From Saccostrea cucullata (taxonomy: Eukaryota), in contig NW_026928921.1 of the NCBI RefSeq assembly GCF_032062105.1, positions 186,001 through 250,000 of the forward strand: DNA of 64,000 bases, written 5' to 3'. Of the stretch, positions 61,376 to 64,000 are shown piece by piece; position 1 is the first letter of the stretch; each line of letters begins with the position of its first letter. The notes under the pieces were generated by a model, which worked only from the letters and a program-made list of their open reading frames with translations, did not search any database and had not been told where the DNA came from. Both the position numbers and the translations under genes were made by a program.

Positions 61376-61723
61376 TATAAATATAGTTTCACGATTTGTG
61401 AAACTATGATTAACAACTCTTAACTATAGTTTACGATTGTTAATCTAAGTTTATCTGTATGAATAAAGCGTTAACAAAAGATTTTGTTGATAAACATAGA
61501 TTCACTTTTGTAAACTATAGTTTACAGTCGATAAACCTAGTTTATCAAATGTGAAACTAGGTTTATCTCATTTTTGTGAATTTGGCGTGCCATAGATGTA
61601 AAATATAGATTAACGTCGTTAACTATAGTTTACAGTCCGTAAACTATAGTTTACAACCGATAAACCTAGTTTATCGACTGTGAAACTATGTTTAGCTCAT
61701 TTTTGTGAATTTGGCGTGCCATA
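61376..61723. mobile_element. Remnant of a second IS3EU-like non-autonomous element with a duplicated right end
   Basis: Two copies of the terminus CTCATTTTTGTGAATTTGGCGTGCCATA (ending 61594 and 61723), each preceded by ~21-bp-period AAACTATAGTTT palindromes. Confidence 0.55.
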
Positions 61724-63588
61724 CATGTGAGCTTAATAATTAACAGTTCACTAAAACCTATAAATTCCTGACGACTATAAATTCTTCCAAATTTAATTAA
61801 ATTAATTAAAATGTTTCACCGTTGATCGATTTAGGGTATTTTAGATACATAATTTTATTAAGAAATACGGAAGTGTTCTAAAGATCTTTTTAATTAAACT
61901 CTGCTTTGGCAAAATTGCATTTTTTGAAGTGGAAAAATAAAACCGGTTTTCGCTGCTTCATTCTTATAGAATATCTGATCCTAGAGACCTATATATACTA
62001 ATTATACTAATTATATACATGTACTAGTTAAAATATAGGTCCCTGTTGATGCTTAGCACGTGTAGAGGGATAATATGGAATTTGTTCAATGTCAAGGCTT
62101 AAAATGATTTAAAATCACAAAGCCTTTTTGTTTTTAAAAGTATTAAATAAACGTTCAGATCCAATCAAGACATTTTGTTCACATTGAATACCTATGGTAT
62201 CGGTAGTGTCCGTTACTCTGTGTTAAATTTCTTTGTGAAGATTTTTTTTTTCGAAAGTGCTACTCGGTCGATAATTTTGATTCAATACCCGTAACTTGCT
62301 TCGCTAGAATTTAATACTCTTCTATTTTTTGCGTTTGAACAAAAACAAAAAATATTTCTGTAAAAAATTTTTAATTTTGATGTAACAATAATGGAGAAAA
62401 ATAACTTTAATACTTACCAGAATTAAGATGTAATTATATTAATAAATGACTGATGCATAGACATTAGAACTCTGAAGCAAATTGAAAGGGGAGGATATCC
62501 AGTTTTAAATGTCTATCTTTTAAAAAAAATATGGATGTGGGCTATAAGCCCCATCCATTCCGACGCCTATATGCGATGTAAGTGAATTATCAAAATACAC
62601 ATAGGCCTATTTTTGGAAAAATTGAATTAATTGTATTTTTAGTCCCCCCCCCCCCCTTTTAATGTCTGAAATAAAATTAAGACTTAATAAATTATTTTTA
62701 TAAGTGGATGTGGGCCCCCTACCCGACTTGCCCCCCCCCCCCCCTCGACTGCCCTTTTTTTCAAAATTTCTGGAACTGCCATTCCTAAACAATTAGTTAT
62801 AAGTACTTAAGTACATGTATGTGAATTTATTTTACAATTTTTATATGAACTTGAAAAATATTAATACTATAATAAAGAAAATTCAGAGTAGACATGTTTG
62901 AAAGCAAAACAAACACACAATATATTGTCAATCCGTGCAGTTATGGTGAGCAGACTTTGACGATTGAACGCACCCGGTGAATCGTAAACATCAACAATAA
63001 CGGAGCTCGTGCCCTGTTTACAAAACCTGTGTACATAACACAAACTCTTGTGATCGATTTGCTAAATGCTGTACACAACACTTAGCTCGGAATGACGAAA
63101 CTTGTGAAGGAGTTTTGCTTTCTAACATCTCTACTCTATCTGGATTAGATTTTTAATATATCTCATTAATTCACAACAAGATTGCCACTTTTCCTAAGGA
63201 TTAAGAATAAAGTTAAAATTTGATGTGTCAATCAAACCCGCCAAAAAATTAGAAGTTTTATAAGTTTTAAATGAAATAAGATTACCGGGTATTAATTAAT
63301 TTGTGAAATGCTATTAAAATATATAATTCGTTATATTATAGAGAAAATATTAACTTCAAATTTGTGTCCAAGTACCTTTAGATATACAGGAAAGATATTT
63401 CAAAACAAACCTGTCTTGAATTGATGTTTATATCTGCCACGTGCTTTTCTATTTTTAGCAAAATCAATAAACTTCCGTTTAGAGTGGAGGATTGTGGGTA
63501 AATTTTGCGAAAACGAGCTGAGTTAATCATGGACCAACGTAAACACCTGTAAGCTGTGGACAGGACGGAATTGTCACCACATCAGAAG

Positions 63589-63658
63589 ATGGAGACCGTT
63601 AACCCTCAGCCAGACGCCCAAAATGGGGGAGGCACAGTTACGCATGAATTGGTTAACG
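63589..63658 (+). CDS. Possible first coding exon of a gene continuing beyond the window
   Basis: ATG in good context (AAGATGG), METVNPQPDAQNGGGTVTHELVN, then a strong G|GTAAGT donor; locally GC-richer. Confidence 0.35.
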
Positions 63659-64000
63659 GTAAGTGATTTTTGGAGCGCAAATGTCCCAGTTTCTGAGTTG
63701 TTTACCACAGCTTGGACAGGAAAAACAAAAACAACGTAACGCTACGTAATCTGCAAAAAGTTTGCACGCTTGACAAAATTATGGATGCTGAACTAATATG
63801 ATTGAGATCTCCCCCAATTAAAACGAGCAAAGAGAATAATCTTGAAGCTAATTAATTCGATGTTGGTAATCTATATTGGTTAAAAATTATCACATCGCAG
63901 AAATCTGACAGATCATTGCACTCTCGACTCTGGAATAAGAGATTTAATGTGATTGAGGTTATTCACATCAGAGGGCATTCGGATAAATAAATATTTTGTT

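Overview
AT-rich, intron-rich eukaryotic DNA. The Cg170-like satellite/HINE repeats and SINE point to an oyster (Ostreidae); this is inferred, not database-checked. Host genes in order: a frameshifted ankyrin + ADP-ribosyltransferase gene (+), DCAF4 (-), ANGEL (+), vasohibin VASH (-), ERG28 (+, mostly missed by the ORF track), ABCC10 (-), PGAP4/TMEM246 (+), a small unknown spliced ORF (-) and a possible first exon at the right edge. ANGEL intron 2 holds a full-length 4.2-kb ISL2EU-type DNA transposon with convergent THAP-DDE transposase and SAP-SWIM-YqaJ nuclease genes, each broken by one frameshift. Non-autonomous Helentron-like elements with ~147-167 bp satellite cores, MITEs and SINE or tRNA-like fragments fill much of the rest. 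Most notable: a U12-type AT-AC intron in DCAF4; a minisatellite built from an exon/splice-donor junction in VASH; ANGEL-VASH-ERG28 microsynteny matching human 14q24.3 and 1q32.3; a 6-kb nested element with 11 dispersed 14-bp motifs; and IS3EU-like foldback elements made of 21-bp-period palindromes. Exon coordinates were read by eye and may be off by a few bases.
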